IMG/VR virus record: IMGVR_UViG_3300034116_002793
Coordinates: 1-24,700 of that record
DNA length: 24,700 bases
Strand: one strand, 5' to 3'
Source: a virus
Lineage: Duplodnaviria; Caudoviricetes
In this document: in pieces, positions 1-10,819 of the stretch
Layout: each line of letters begins with the position of its first letter
Position numbering within the stretch: the stretch's first letter is position 1
Translations under genes and position numbers: made by a program
The notes under the pieces: model-generated
Told to the model about the DNA's origin: nothing
What the model saw: the letters and a program-made list of their open reading frames with translations, nothing else
Database searches by the model: none

Positions 1-1193
1 AGCACAAGATTAACATTATCACCAGGATAAATCACAATTGGTATATTTTCATTTATTTGATAATCAAATATTTGAGTTGAATCTGGCCAATAGTTAATCG
101 TGATTTTTTGAAAATATATAAATTCACCGATTACGTCTTTTATTTTAACGTTTATCGGTAAGAATTCATTTTTAAGTTTTTTATTTAGTAAATCTAATTT
201 ATAGAATATCTCATTAACGCTAAAATCAGTAGTTTCCGCAACTAGTGGAACTCCATCATCGTCATAACTTCCAGTAACAGCAGTAAATTCATAAACTAGT
301 GCTAAGAATTCAGTCTTCTTAAACTGTTTACCTGATCGCATATTATTATTCTTATCAACTAGATCAAGAGTATCAATTTTTCCATCATCTAGATAATCAG
401 CTAGATCTACCATTGATAGAGTATTATAATATGGTGAGCTAGGATTAACGTTTTTCCAATATTCTTTAACTCGAAGAACATCTTTATAACCTAACATGTT
501 TATAAAATTAGATAGTCCTTTATATGTACCAATATAAGGATAAATCTCCTCTTTTGTTACAAGTAACTGTTTTCTAATTTTATTTAAAGCATCGATATCA
601 GGGAAAGCTTCTTTAATATCATACTCTTTAAGAATATTTGCATCTTCTCTTAGAAATTTTATTCCAAAGTTTTGAGCCCATACTCTAAATCTTTCCTCTT
701 CTTCAATACCTTCACCATATAATTCTAAACTAGCAATAGTCGTAGTTATGGAACCATCAATTAATTTAATTAATAATTTACGAGTATATGCAGATTCAGA
801 GGTTGGACTAAACGCTAAATTTACTTGTAAAGGCATAATTAGATCAAGTGGCCCTGGACTAGATGAAAAATCCGAATGAGAAAATAGAGCAGAGTCTATC
901 TTATTTAGGAAGTTTTCATTTAATGTAGTATCTACTGCTACATTATATAAAAAGAATTCATTACTATTTTTAGAATCTTCCCAAGTAAAAGATAAAGATT
1001 GAGTTGAAGTAAGAGTAGGAAGCTTATATAAACTTGCTACTTTTTCAAGAAGAAATAAGTTCTCATTATCAAATAAGTAGACTGAGATATTATTAAAAAA
1101 TATTCTACCCTTCCACTGATTCTCAGTAGTATCATATTGTAAATTCAAGTTTTTTCCAAACTTGTCAAAAAAGTGCAAATTTTGAACAATCAT
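1..1193 (-). CDS. Large virion structural protein, probably baseplate wedge-like (partial, runs off the left edge)
   Basis: Not in the ORF track. ATG at 1193-1191 reads MIVQNLHFFDKFGKNLNLQYDTTENQWKGRIFF, and the same frame is open at the window edge (...IPIVIYPGDNVNLV). It contains IYPYIGTYKGLSNFINMLGY, reminiscent of baseplate wedge proteins. A late-promoter-like ATAAATA lies just upstream. Confidence 0.6.
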   Translation of the reverse strand, partial: MIVQNLHFFDKFGKNLNLQYDTTENQWKGRIFFNNISVYLFDNENLFLLEKVASLYKLPTLTSTQSLSFTWEDSKNSNEFFLYNVAVDTTLNENFLNKIDSALFSHSDFSSSPGPLDLIMPLQVNLAFSPTSESAYTRKLLIKLIDGSITTTIASLELYGEGIEEEERFRVWAQNFGIKFLREDANILKEYDIKEAFPDIDALNKIRKQLLVTKEEIYPYIGTYKGLSNFINMLGYKDVLRVKEYWKNVNPSSPYYNTLSMVDLADYLDDGKIDTLDLVDKNNNMRSGKQFKKTEFLALVYEFTAVTGSYDDDGVPLVAETTDFSVNEIFYKLDLLNKKLKNEFLPINVKIKDVIGEFIYFQKITINYWPDSTQIFDYQINENIPIVIYPGDNVNLV

Positions 1194-1213
1194 TATCTTA
1201 TTTCTAGCTTTAT

Positions 1214-1224
1214 GTTATTTATTA
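1214..1224 (-). promoter_or_regulatory. Putative late promoter variant (TAATAAATAAC)
   Basis: ATAAATA core about 20 nt upstream of the structural gene start; similar to the T4 late TATAAATA and to the AGATAAATAAT copies elsewhere in the window. Confidence 0.4.
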
Positions 1225-1236
1225 AATTAGATAACT

Positions 1237-1635
1237 TTATATGCTATACACTGAATTTTCTCCGCTGGTACTAATAGAAATAAATTCTAGAGTATCGTCA
1301 GGATCTAATCCGGTCTTTTTATGAATCTTTTTCCATTCCTTAGCATATCCATTTTTACAAATTTGAGTAAAATAGGCAAATGCATTTGGGATAGCCATTT
1401 TAGTTTCATCGAAACTTTTCCAATACTTTAAACAGTCTAAGATAGCTGACTGTATACAATCTTCTCTATCTCTATAATCTTTAAAGTAGAGACGGTCAAC
1501 TGCTCTATTCGCAAGAGAAATAAAACAATTTACAGTATAATTAGAAAGCTCTCCAGCTTTCTTGCATTCTATAATGTCTGCAGTAAATTCTTTATTGTTA
1601 ATATAGTGAGTGTCTCCTTTTTTCTTTCTAGCCAT
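1237..1635 (-). CDS. gp55: T4 gp55-like sigma factor for late transcription
   Basis: HYINNKEF...FDETK...NAFAYFTQICKN resembles T4 gp55 (YVNNKEL...FDETKYKNPHAYITQACFN). Confidence 0.85.
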   Translation of the reverse strand: MARKKKGDTHYINNKEFTADIIECKKAGELSNYTVNCFISLANRAVDRLYFKDYRDREDCIQSAILDCLKYWKSFDETKMAIPNAFAYFTQICKNGYAKEWKKIHKKTGLDPDDTLEFISISTSGENSVYSI

Positions 1636-1644
1636 GATTATTAA

Positions 1645-2307
1645 TTATTTTGAAAGATTATAAATCTTAATTATTCCTAATACTGCATCTACCATGTCAA
1701 TAATAGGTGATACTATTTTATCTCCGTTGACTGTCCAGCTTTCAGCATGGACAGCTTTATATAGATCTGATTCTCTTAATGCTTCTATTTGAGGATCTTC
1801 TTTGAATTGATTAAAAACATCCATTTTACTAGCATTACCTTTACAACCTATTGCATTCTTAAGTTCACTAGGGCTAAATATAAAAAGATGGTCAGCGTTA
1901 TTTTTAAGTACTCTAGTTAAGAGCTCATGCTTTAATATTCCAGTAGATTGAGCAATATCAACTAGCGAATTTCCTTTAGATCCAAATGAAATACCTTCAA
2001 TTGCTACTATAATATCTTCGCCTTTTCCTACTTCTGTTAAGATATTATCGACGATTTTACTTATTAATTCTTGATAGTTTATTAGTTTTACACGTTCAGT
2101 AACATGATACTCTGGATGAGTTTTTCTAATAGTAGTCGTTTTATCGATTTTAATATTAGGATATTTTCCTAAAAGATAATTTAAGTTAGTTTGATCTACT
2201 TTTCTAAGCTTAGTATTTACTACAGAGAGCCATTTAAATTCTTTAAAGTCTTTACAAATACATATACCTGGATAAAGTATTGAAAAATCTATACTTATAA
2301 TTGTCAT
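1645..2307 (-). CDS. RuvC-like Holliday junction resolvase (RNase H fold)
   Basis: N-terminal IISIDFS, central IAIEG, SPSELK..IGCKGNASK and C-terminal DMVDA give the RuvC acidic catalytic pattern. Confidence 0.75.
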   Translation of the reverse strand: MTIISIDFSILYPGICICKDFKEFKWLSVVNTKLRKVDQTNLNYLLGKYPNIKIDKTTTIRKTHPEYHVTERVKLINYQELISKIVDNILTEVGKGEDIIVAIEGISFGSKGNSLVDIAQSTGILKHELLTRVLKNNADHLFIFSPSELKNAIGCKGNASKMDVFNQFKEDPQIEALRESDLYKAVHAESWTVNGDKIVSPIIDMVDAVLGIIKIYNLSK

Positions 2308-2346
2308 TCATGTCAAATAATTTTTAAAATCTTAATAAAAAGGTTA

Positions 2347-2518
2347 TACTAGATAGTACTAGAATAGTTCTTTCTAGCAAATATTATTTATTTTTTAAAA
2401 CCTTTGTATTTTTCACAAGTAGAATAGGGTTAGTGGGTGGGAGTACTAGATAGTACTATATAGTATATATTACTTCTATCTTACTTTATTAATTACTACT
2501 TAGGATACTTTAGTACTA
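2347..2518. repeat. Direct repeats and palindromes in the divergent intergenic region
   Basis: Exact 15-mer TACTAGATAGTACTA at 2347-2361 and 2444-2458. Palindrome TAGTACTA at 2354, 2451 and 2511. Confidence 0.75.
2398..2426 (+). promoter_or_regulatory. Putative early/middle promoter AAAC-N17-GTAGAATA
   Basis: Matches the motif recurring at 8197, 13976, 14358, 20892 and 24607. Confidence 0.45.
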
Positions 2519-2575
2519 CTCGCGGGGGCCAAGGATAAAATTTTAAAATTATAAAAATTTAAGTATAATAATTCT

Positions 2576-3511
2576 ATGAGACTAGGATATTGTTGTATAA
2601 ATCTAAGCCTGAAGGATCAGGGAGTTACTACTAACCGAGGAATGGTTAAGAAAACGTTTTTAGAAAAAGGAACCGAGTATGTTGCAAGCTTGGTGATTAA
2701 TAATTTAGCTGATCTTCTAACTATTTTAGAATGGAATCAGAAAAATGGGATACTTGTCTATCGTATGTCAAGTGATCTCTTTCCATGGATGAGCGAATAT
2801 AAGTTCGAAGATTTACCGGAATATTCTAAAATTAAAGAAATTGCAGAGAAAGTTGGTCAATTTGTTGAAAAACATAATATGCGATTATCATTTCATCCAG
2901 GTCAATTTGATGTACTTGCTTCCCCCAATCCAGAAGTAGTCAATAAAACTATTTATGATCTGGATCAACATGCTCGAATTATGGATATGATGGGATTACC
3001 TGGAGATTATCGATCCCCTATCAATATTCATGTAGGTGGATCATATGGAAATAAGCAAACTGCTCTTGAAAGATTTTGTGAAAGTTTTAAACGACTTGCC
3101 CCCTCAACACAAGCTCGCCTCGTAGTAGAAAATGATGATAAAGCAACTCAATATGGAGTCATAGATCTTTTTGAAGGAGTCTATAGAAAAGTAGGCTGTC
3201 CAATTACATTTGATCATTTTCATCACCGCTTTTGCACAAATGATATTTCAGCTGAACAGGCTGCCCTACTTGCTGCTTCTACTTGGGGTACAATTACTCC
3301 ATTACAGCATTTTTCTAGCTCTAAAGCGCTATACGAAGATTCTTCTGTAATTAATCGTTCGCATGCGGATTATATTTATGATTTAATTCCAGATTATGGA
3401 TTTGATGCAGATATTGAAATAGAAGCAAAAGCAAAAGATCTTGCATTGATCCAATATGTATCTACTGACGGAGATATGGATGAACCTATCTTATTTGAAT
3501 TTGAAAAATAA
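2576..3511 (+). CDS. uvsE: UV DNA damage endonuclease (UvsE/UVDE)
   Basis: MRLGYCCIN, YRMSSDLFP, RLSFHPGQF, INIHVGG, RLVVENDD, FDHFHH, HADY and EAKAKDLA are typical UVDE motifs. Confidence 0.93.
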   Translation: MRLGYCCINLSLKDQGVTTNRGMVKKTFLEKGTEYVASLVINNLADLLTILEWNQKNGILVYRMSSDLFPWMSEYKFEDLPEYSKIKEIAEKVGQFVEKHNMRLSFHPGQFDVLASPNPEVVNKTIYDLDQHARIMDMMGLPGDYRSPINIHVGGSYGNKQTALERFCESFKRLAPSTQARLVVENDDKATQYGVIDLFEGVYRKVGCPITFDHFHHRFCTNDISAEQAALLAASTWGTITPLQHFSSSKALYEDSSVINRSHADYIYDLIPDYGFDADIEIEAKAKDLALIQYVSTDGDMDEPILFEFEK

Positions 3512-3522
3512 TAATTATAAAA

Positions 3523-3771
3523 ATGGCAAATGTTACTTGTGTAAATGATAAAAATCTTCCAGTTGGAGCAAAGCTTACTGAAGGTAAAGAATATGAAATT
3601 GAATCTGAATATGTGAACTTTTTAGATCAAAAGGTGTATATTATTAAAGGCATACCTAATTCCGGTCGTACTAAGTTAGGCATGGTGTGGAAAGGATATA
3701 ACGCAGATAGATTTACAGAGAATGAAAAAGTTTCGATATCTGAAAAAAATTATGAATTTCAATTAAATTAA
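3523..3771 (+). CDS. Hypothetical protein
   Basis: 82-aa ORF, tightly packed in the operon with an A-rich start context. Confidence 0.7.
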   Translation: MANVTCVNDKNLPVGAKLTEGKEYEIESEYVNFLDQKVYIIKGIPNSGRTKLGMVWKGYNADRFTENEKVSISEKNYEFQLN

Positions 3772-3772
3772 T

Positions 3773-4270
3773 ATGGGAACAAATTTTAACAGGATTCCAA
3801 CAGAGCAGGAAGTAATAAAAAGAAAAGAGCAATTAATTAAAGATATTGATGGCCTAAGCATGGATCCAATGTTGATTGAAAGAAATTATCAGGATTATAA
3901 CAATAATAATTATGGAAGTGAAAGTTGTTGGGACAGATTCTTAGATGGACTAAGCGTACATATAGGAAAGAGAAGCGGAGGTTGGAAGTTTTGCTGGAAT
4001 TTTCATGATAATAAGTATTACTCAAATAAAGAAGAACTATTATCATATATTAGAAGTGGTAGAATAGTCGATGAATACGGGACTGAACATGAAGTTGAAG
4101 AATTTATTGAAATGGCACTAAGTTGGGGAGAGCCAGATGGACTAGTTATGAATGAAGAATACGAAAGAAAAAAACTAGAAGAATATCCAAGTAGTTATCT
4201 TCATGGCGAGAAGTATTGGGATTTAAATATAGATGGATTAAGAGTATCCACATCAACTCAATTTTCATAA
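3773..4270 (+). CDS. Hypothetical phage protein
   Basis: 165-aa ORF with HIGKRSGGWKF and IVDEYG motifs, of a type I recall from uncharacterised phage proteins. Confidence 0.75.
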   Translation: MGTNFNRIPTEQEVIKRKEQLIKDIDGLSMDPMLIERNYQDYNNNNYGSESCWDRFLDGLSVHIGKRSGGWKFCWNFHDNKYYSNKEELLSYIRSGRIVDEYGTEHEVEEFIEMALSWGEPDGLVMNEEYERKKLEEYPSSYLHGEKYWDLNIDGLRVSTSTQFS

Positions 4271-4289
4271 CATATAATAAACAAATAAA

Positions 4290-4883
4290 ATGGAAGTAAA
4301 GTACACAGAAGGTTTCTTTAAATCACTAAAGAGAATCATAAATCGTAGATCATGGTATTGGAAAATTTTGGATTTTATTCAATATGATTTACCAAATGGA
4401 ATTAAAAATATTTTTTTCTTTTGGCGAGTTATTTGGAATTTTAGAGGATGGGACTCTAGTTTTCAAATGAGATTATTAGCTAGATCATTAGAGCCGCTTG
4501 CAAAATGCTTGGAAACTGGTAATGAAATCGACGTTACAAGATTAAGAAAAGTCGCTAAAATTAAACGTGCAATTGAAATTTTAAATTACCAAGCAAATGA
4601 TGATTATATTGAGCTTGCTGAAAAAGAAATAGGTTACGAAACAAATACTTCACATATATTTGAAGATGAACCTGAAGATATCGCTAAATTAAATCGTGCA
4701 ATATATAAACTTTCAGATACTCTTTCAAAGGATCATTGGAATGAACTATTTCATATTCTTAAAGGACAAGACCATAACGAATTTATTGCACTTTGTAATA
4801 AAGACGAAGAAGATAAATTAGACACACCTGATCTTTGGGAAAACTGGTATGATGGTAGTGGATTAGCACATTGGTGGGATTAA
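4290..4883 (+). CDS. Hypothetical phage protein (Trp-rich, ends in WWD)
   Basis: 197-aa ORF in the operon; WNFRGWD and C-terminal HWWD. Confidence 0.75.
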   Translation: MEVKYTEGFFKSLKRIINRRSWYWKILDFIQYDLPNGIKNIFFFWRVIWNFRGWDSSFQMRLLARSLEPLAKCLETGNEIDVTRLRKVAKIKRAIEILNYQANDDYIELAEKEIGYETNTSHIFEDEPEDIAKLNRAIYKLSDTLSKDHWNELFHILKGQDHNEFIALCNKDEEDKLDTPDLWENWYDGSGLAHWWD

Positions 4884-4884
4884 T

Positions 4885-4992
4885 ATGAAGTGTATAATTA
4901 TCATATCCGCACTAATTATTAGTAGTATAATATCTTTACTTGTAATAAAAGGTATTATTGATGAAGCAGACAATTTAGATAATCAAGATTAA
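4885..4992 (+). CDS. Small single-pass membrane protein (35 aa)
   Basis: Not in the ORF track. MKCIIIISALIISSIISLLVIKGIIDEADNLDNQD* fills the gap between the flanking genes; hydrophobic stretch followed by an acidic tail. Confidence 0.55.
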   Translation: MKCIIIISALIISSIISLLVIKGIIDEADNLDNQD

Positions 4993-5002
4993 AACTATAA
5001 AT

Positions 5003-5720
5003 ATGTATACCCCAACAGAATTAACAAAAATTGTATTCTTTGATTTAGAAACAGCATCAGAATATAAATCGCTTGATGAATTAGCTTTAGTTAAACCTAA
5101 AATGGCTGAACTTTGGTCAAAACGATGTGATTACCTTCGAGGCAGATTTGAAGAAAACCGAGATATGACTGACGAAGAACTATATCAATCAAAAGCAGCA
5201 TTAACTCCTGAATTTGCTAGAATAGTATGTGCAACCTTTGGTCGATTAACTTTTAATGATGGTGAGCCTGCAGCTCTATTAAAGAGCTACTGTTCTACTT
5301 CTGAAGATGTAGTCCTTGATGGAATTACTAAAGTATTTGAAAAATTTGCTACTTTAAAATTCTCGGGCCATAATATCAAACGTTTTGATATACCGATGAT
5401 GTGCAAAAGATTAATAATTACTGGGAACACGTTACCTAAAGGATTACAAATTCAAAATCTTAAACCTTGGGAAATGCCATTTATCGATACTTCTGAATTA
5501 TGGAGTTTCGGAGCATGGCAAGAGGGATTTGTATCACTTGAATTATTAGTAACTTCAATAGGATTAGAAACGCCTAAAAACGATATTAAAGGTGAAGATG
5601 TTAGTAGAGTCTTTTGGGAAGAGTCAGATACTTTACGAATTTCAGAATATTGTCAAAGGGATGTTTTTGCTGGAATGCAGTCACTTTTAAAACTTTCTAA
5701 TCTATCTGTAGTAGAAGAAT

Positions 5721-5737
<17 letters not shown>
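5003..5737 (+). CDS. Stand-alone PolB-like 3'-5' exonuclease (DEDDy)
   Basis: ExoI FFDLET, ExoII GHNIKRFDIP, ExoIII YCQRDV. The KPWE..FIDT.ELW.FG segment resembles bacterial DNA_pol_B_exo2-type proteins. Confidence 0.85.
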
Positions 5738-8131
<2,394 letters not shown>

Positions 8132-8151
8132 GATACTCTTATATTAAAACG

Positions 8152-8185
8152 AAAAGAGGTAGCCGTCAAGCTACCTCTTTTTTTT
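8152..8185 (+). terminator. Rho-independent terminator after groEL
   Basis: AAAAGAGGTAGC-cgtcaa-GCTACCTCTTTT followed by a T-tract. Confidence 0.85.
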
Positions 8186-8196
8186 GTATAATTTAA

Positions 8197-8233
8197 AAAC
8201 TATATATGACTTTTAGTGTATATATTATAAATA
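8197..8233 (+). promoter_or_regulatory. Putative promoter(s) for the S1-like gene
   Basis: AAAC-N17-GTATATAT (8197-8225), then a perfect T4-late-type TATAAATA (8226-8233). Confidence 0.45.
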
Positions 8234-8240
8234 TAATATC

Positions 8241-9422
8241 ATGATAGCAATAGATCAATTTAAAACATTAGGTAAGTATAATACAAGCGTAGTTCTTACC
8301 AAGGAAGACAAATTAGCCAACGTTAAAATTTATTGTCACGAACCATATGCACAAGAGCTATATGATCGAATGGCTAAATACGATGGCACACTAGATATCT
8401 CAGCGAAGGATTTAACGGAAGGTTCTGTTTATAAAGTACTTGCGAAAACTATCTCATATGATACTGCAACGATTTATGCAGAAGATATCACATCAGGTTC
8501 ACCAGTAATTATTCCATTTAGAGAATATTCTAAGGATATTGATGCGTTAGCTGAAGGTGCGGATACTGAGTTTTATGCAATGGTATATAAAACAACGAAG
8601 CATGGAGAAAATTTCGGATCTGAAAAAAGAGCTCTTTCTATCTCATATAAACAGGAATTATTTGATAGTTATAATCAAAATAAATGGTTTGATGTAACTA
8701 TTACTAAGTTAATTAAAGGTGGATACTTAGCAGTATATAAGAAAGAAATTGAATGCTTTATTCCTGGTTCACATGCTGCAGCGAATGTTGTACATAACTT
8801 TAATGATATGCTACATAAAACTCTAACCGTAATGGTAGATAACTATGATCAATCGAATGATCTTTTTATTCTTTCATACAAAAAATATGTAACTAACTCA
8901 ATGTCAGTTATGGTTAATAATTTAAACTTTAATCGTGAATATGTTGGAGTACTTACAAATAAACCATATGATTTTGGTGTATTCGTTGAAATCGATGGAT
9001 ATTTTACAGGATTAGTTCACCATACTGAATTTGATAACTATGATGCAATTAAAAGAACTTTAAAAACTGGTGATACCTTAAATGTATTTGTAAAAGATAT
9101 TACGTCAAAGGTTTTAAAGGACAGTAAAACAAAAGAACTTCAGTTTAGAATTGTTCTTACGTTAAAACCAGATAATGTAAATGCCGAAAAACTTGCATGG
9201 CAACAACTTAGAGATAAAACTGAAACTCGTAGCTTTACATATGAAATCGACGCTAAGAAAAATTCTATTACTATTGATATTGATGGTGAGAACTATGATG
9301 TATCCTTAAAAAGAAAAGATTTAGAAAAAAATCTAAGCGCGTTTCCATATGTTAAAGTATCAAAAGTCGATATTCTAAATAAAAGTTTAAAATTTGAATT
9401 TGTTGAGGCTCAAGAAGATTAA
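8241..9422 (+). CDS. Ribosomal protein S1-like multi-S1-domain RNA-binding protein
   Basis: Tandem S1 repeats: VTITKLIKGGY...CFIPGSH...FILSYK and GVLTNKPYDFGVFVEIDGYFTGLVHHTEF...LKTGDTLNVFV. A probable degenerate N-terminal repeat precedes them. Confidence 0.8.
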   Translation: MIAIDQFKTLGKYNTSVVLTKEDKLANVKIYCHEPYAQELYDRMAKYDGTLDISAKDLTEGSVYKVLAKTISYDTATIYAEDITSGSPVIIPFREYSKDIDALAEGADTEFYAMVYKTTKHGENFGSEKRALSISYKQELFDSYNQNKWFDVTITKLIKGGYLAVYKKEIECFIPGSHAAANVVHNFNDMLHKTLTVMVDNYDQSNDLFILSYKKYVTNSMSVMVNNLNFNREYVGVLTNKPYDFGVFVEIDGYFTGLVHHTEFDNYDAIKRTLKTGDTLNVFVKDITSKVLKDSKTKELQFRIVLTLKPDNVNAEKLAWQQLRDKTETRSFTYEIDAKKNSITIDIDGENYDVSLKRKDLEKNLSAFPYVKVSKVDILNKSLKFEFVEAQED

Positions 9423-9452
9423 TTCTTACTGAGTATTGAGTATAATTTAAAC

Positions 9453-9463
9453 AGATAAATAAT
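9453..9463 (+). promoter_or_regulatory. Putative late promoter AGATAAATAAT
   Basis: Identical 11-mer also occurs at 12718 (+) and 20842 (-), each upstream of a gene start. Confidence 0.55.
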
Positions 9464-9492
9464 TAGCGCAGCGTTCAATATTAGCTGCGCTA
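9464..9492 (+). other. GC-rich hairpin in the nrdB leader
   Basis: TAGCGCAGC-11 nt loop-GCTGCGCTA; no U-tract on the + strand. Confidence 0.6.
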
Positions 9493-9511
9493 TATAAAAA
9501 TAATTAGAAAT

Positions 9512-10516
9512 ATGACAAGTTCACTGTTTACTGAACGTATTGAATATAAACCATTTGAGTATCCTGAATATGATATGACTGGGTGGATGGCTCAATCACA
9601 AGCCCATTGGTTGCATACTGAAATATCTATGCAGGGTGATGTTAAAGATTGGAACGAGAATTTAACAGAATCTGAAAAAAATCTAGTTGGTAATATACTA
9701 CTCGGTTTTGCTCAAACTGAATGTGCAGTTTCAGACTATTGGACTGGCTCAGTTGTTAAATGGTTTCCTAAACATGAAATAAAACATATGGCTATTGCAT
9801 TCGGATATTTTGAAACAATCCATGCGAAAGCCTATTCATATTTAAATGAAACTCTTGGACTAGATAATTTTGCAGCTTTCTTACATGAACCTACTACTGC
9901 AAATAAATTTGAATTCTTACTATCTGCACACAATGATTATACTCATATTGATCTAGCTGAATCATCTGATGCCCGTAGAGACGTTGCTCGTTCACTAGCT
10001 ATATTTTCCGCATTTGCTGAAGGAGTATCCCTCTATTCATCCTTTGCTGTACTCTATTCTTTTCAATTACGTGATCTTCTAAAAGGTATTGGTCAACAAA
10101 TGAAATGGTCAGTTAGAGATGAATCATTACATTCTAAGATGGGATGCCAGTTATTTAATCATATGTGTGATGAATATCCTATGCTAAGAGAGCAAGTACA
10201 AGCAGAAGTTGAAGAAGCTGCTCGATTAATGGTTGAAATGGAAATTAATTTTATTAATAAGATGTTTGAATTAGGTGATCTTGCAAATTTAAAAGCATCT
10301 GACTTAAAGGAATTTATTAAAAAACGTGCAAACGAGAAATTAAATGAAATAGGATATGCTTCAATTTTTGAATATTCTGATGAATCTGCCTCTGAGCTAG
10401 ATTGGTTTTATCATCTTACTGGCGGAGTTACCTGGACCGACTTTTTTGCTATGCGAAGCACAGATTACTCAAAGGCTGGCGAAGGTGAAGACTGGGACGA
10501 AGATTCACTATTCTAA
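9512..10516 (+). CDS. nrdB: Class I ribonucleotide reductase beta subunit
   Basis: KPFEYP, ETIHAKAY (ExxH plus Tyr), FAEGVSLYSSF, VRDESLH, DFFA. Confidence 0.95.
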   Translation: MTSSLFTERIEYKPFEYPEYDMTGWMAQSQAHWLHTEISMQGDVKDWNENLTESEKNLVGNILLGFAQTECAVSDYWTGSVVKWFPKHEIKHMAIAFGYFETIHAKAYSYLNETLGLDNFAAFLHEPTTANKFEFLLSAHNDYTHIDLAESSDARRDVARSLAIFSAFAEGVSLYSSFAVLYSFQLRDLLKGIGQQMKWSVRDESLHSKMGCQLFNHMCDEYPMLREQVQAEVEEAARLMVEMEINFINKMFELGDLANLKASDLKEFIKKRANEKLNEIGYASIFEYSDESASELDWFYHLTGGVTWTDFFAMRSTDYSKAGEGEDWDEDSLF

Positions 10517-10543
10517 AAAATATAAAAATAAAATAAAATAATT

Positions 10544-10816
10544 ATGACACACACACTTAACAAAATTATTGAACTACAAACAAAAACAATGGAAACAGTT
10601 TTTGAAAATGCTAAAACTGTACCATCTACTTTAATAAATGCTTTCAGTCAACCATTAACTAATCCATGGCTAGTTACAGATAATACTAAAGCAATATATG
10701 AGAATACTAAAAAATTCAATACCGCATATCTAACTTATACTAAAGCGCTTACCGATATGCTTGAAGCAACTTATGAAACCGCTGAATTAATTAATAACTC
10801 AACTAAATCTAATTAA
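10544..10816 (+). CDS. Hypothetical Thr/Asn-rich helical protein between nrdB and nrdA
   Basis: 90-aa ORF with an A-rich start context; ends 3 nt before the nrdA start. Confidence 0.7.
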   Translation: MTHTLNKIIELQTKTMETVFENAKTVPSTLINAFSQPLTNPWLVTDNTKAIYENTKKFNTAYLTYTKALTDMLEATYETAELINNSTKSN

Positions 10817-10819
10817 GAA

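Noticed and set aside
2347-2518. Mini CRISPR array or tRNA in the intergenic region
   Set aside because: Only two 15-bp copies with an 82-bp gap, and no cloverleaf or T-loop motif seen.
3837-4046. 69-aa minus-strand ORF
   Set aside because: Antisense shadow inside a better-supported plus-strand gene.
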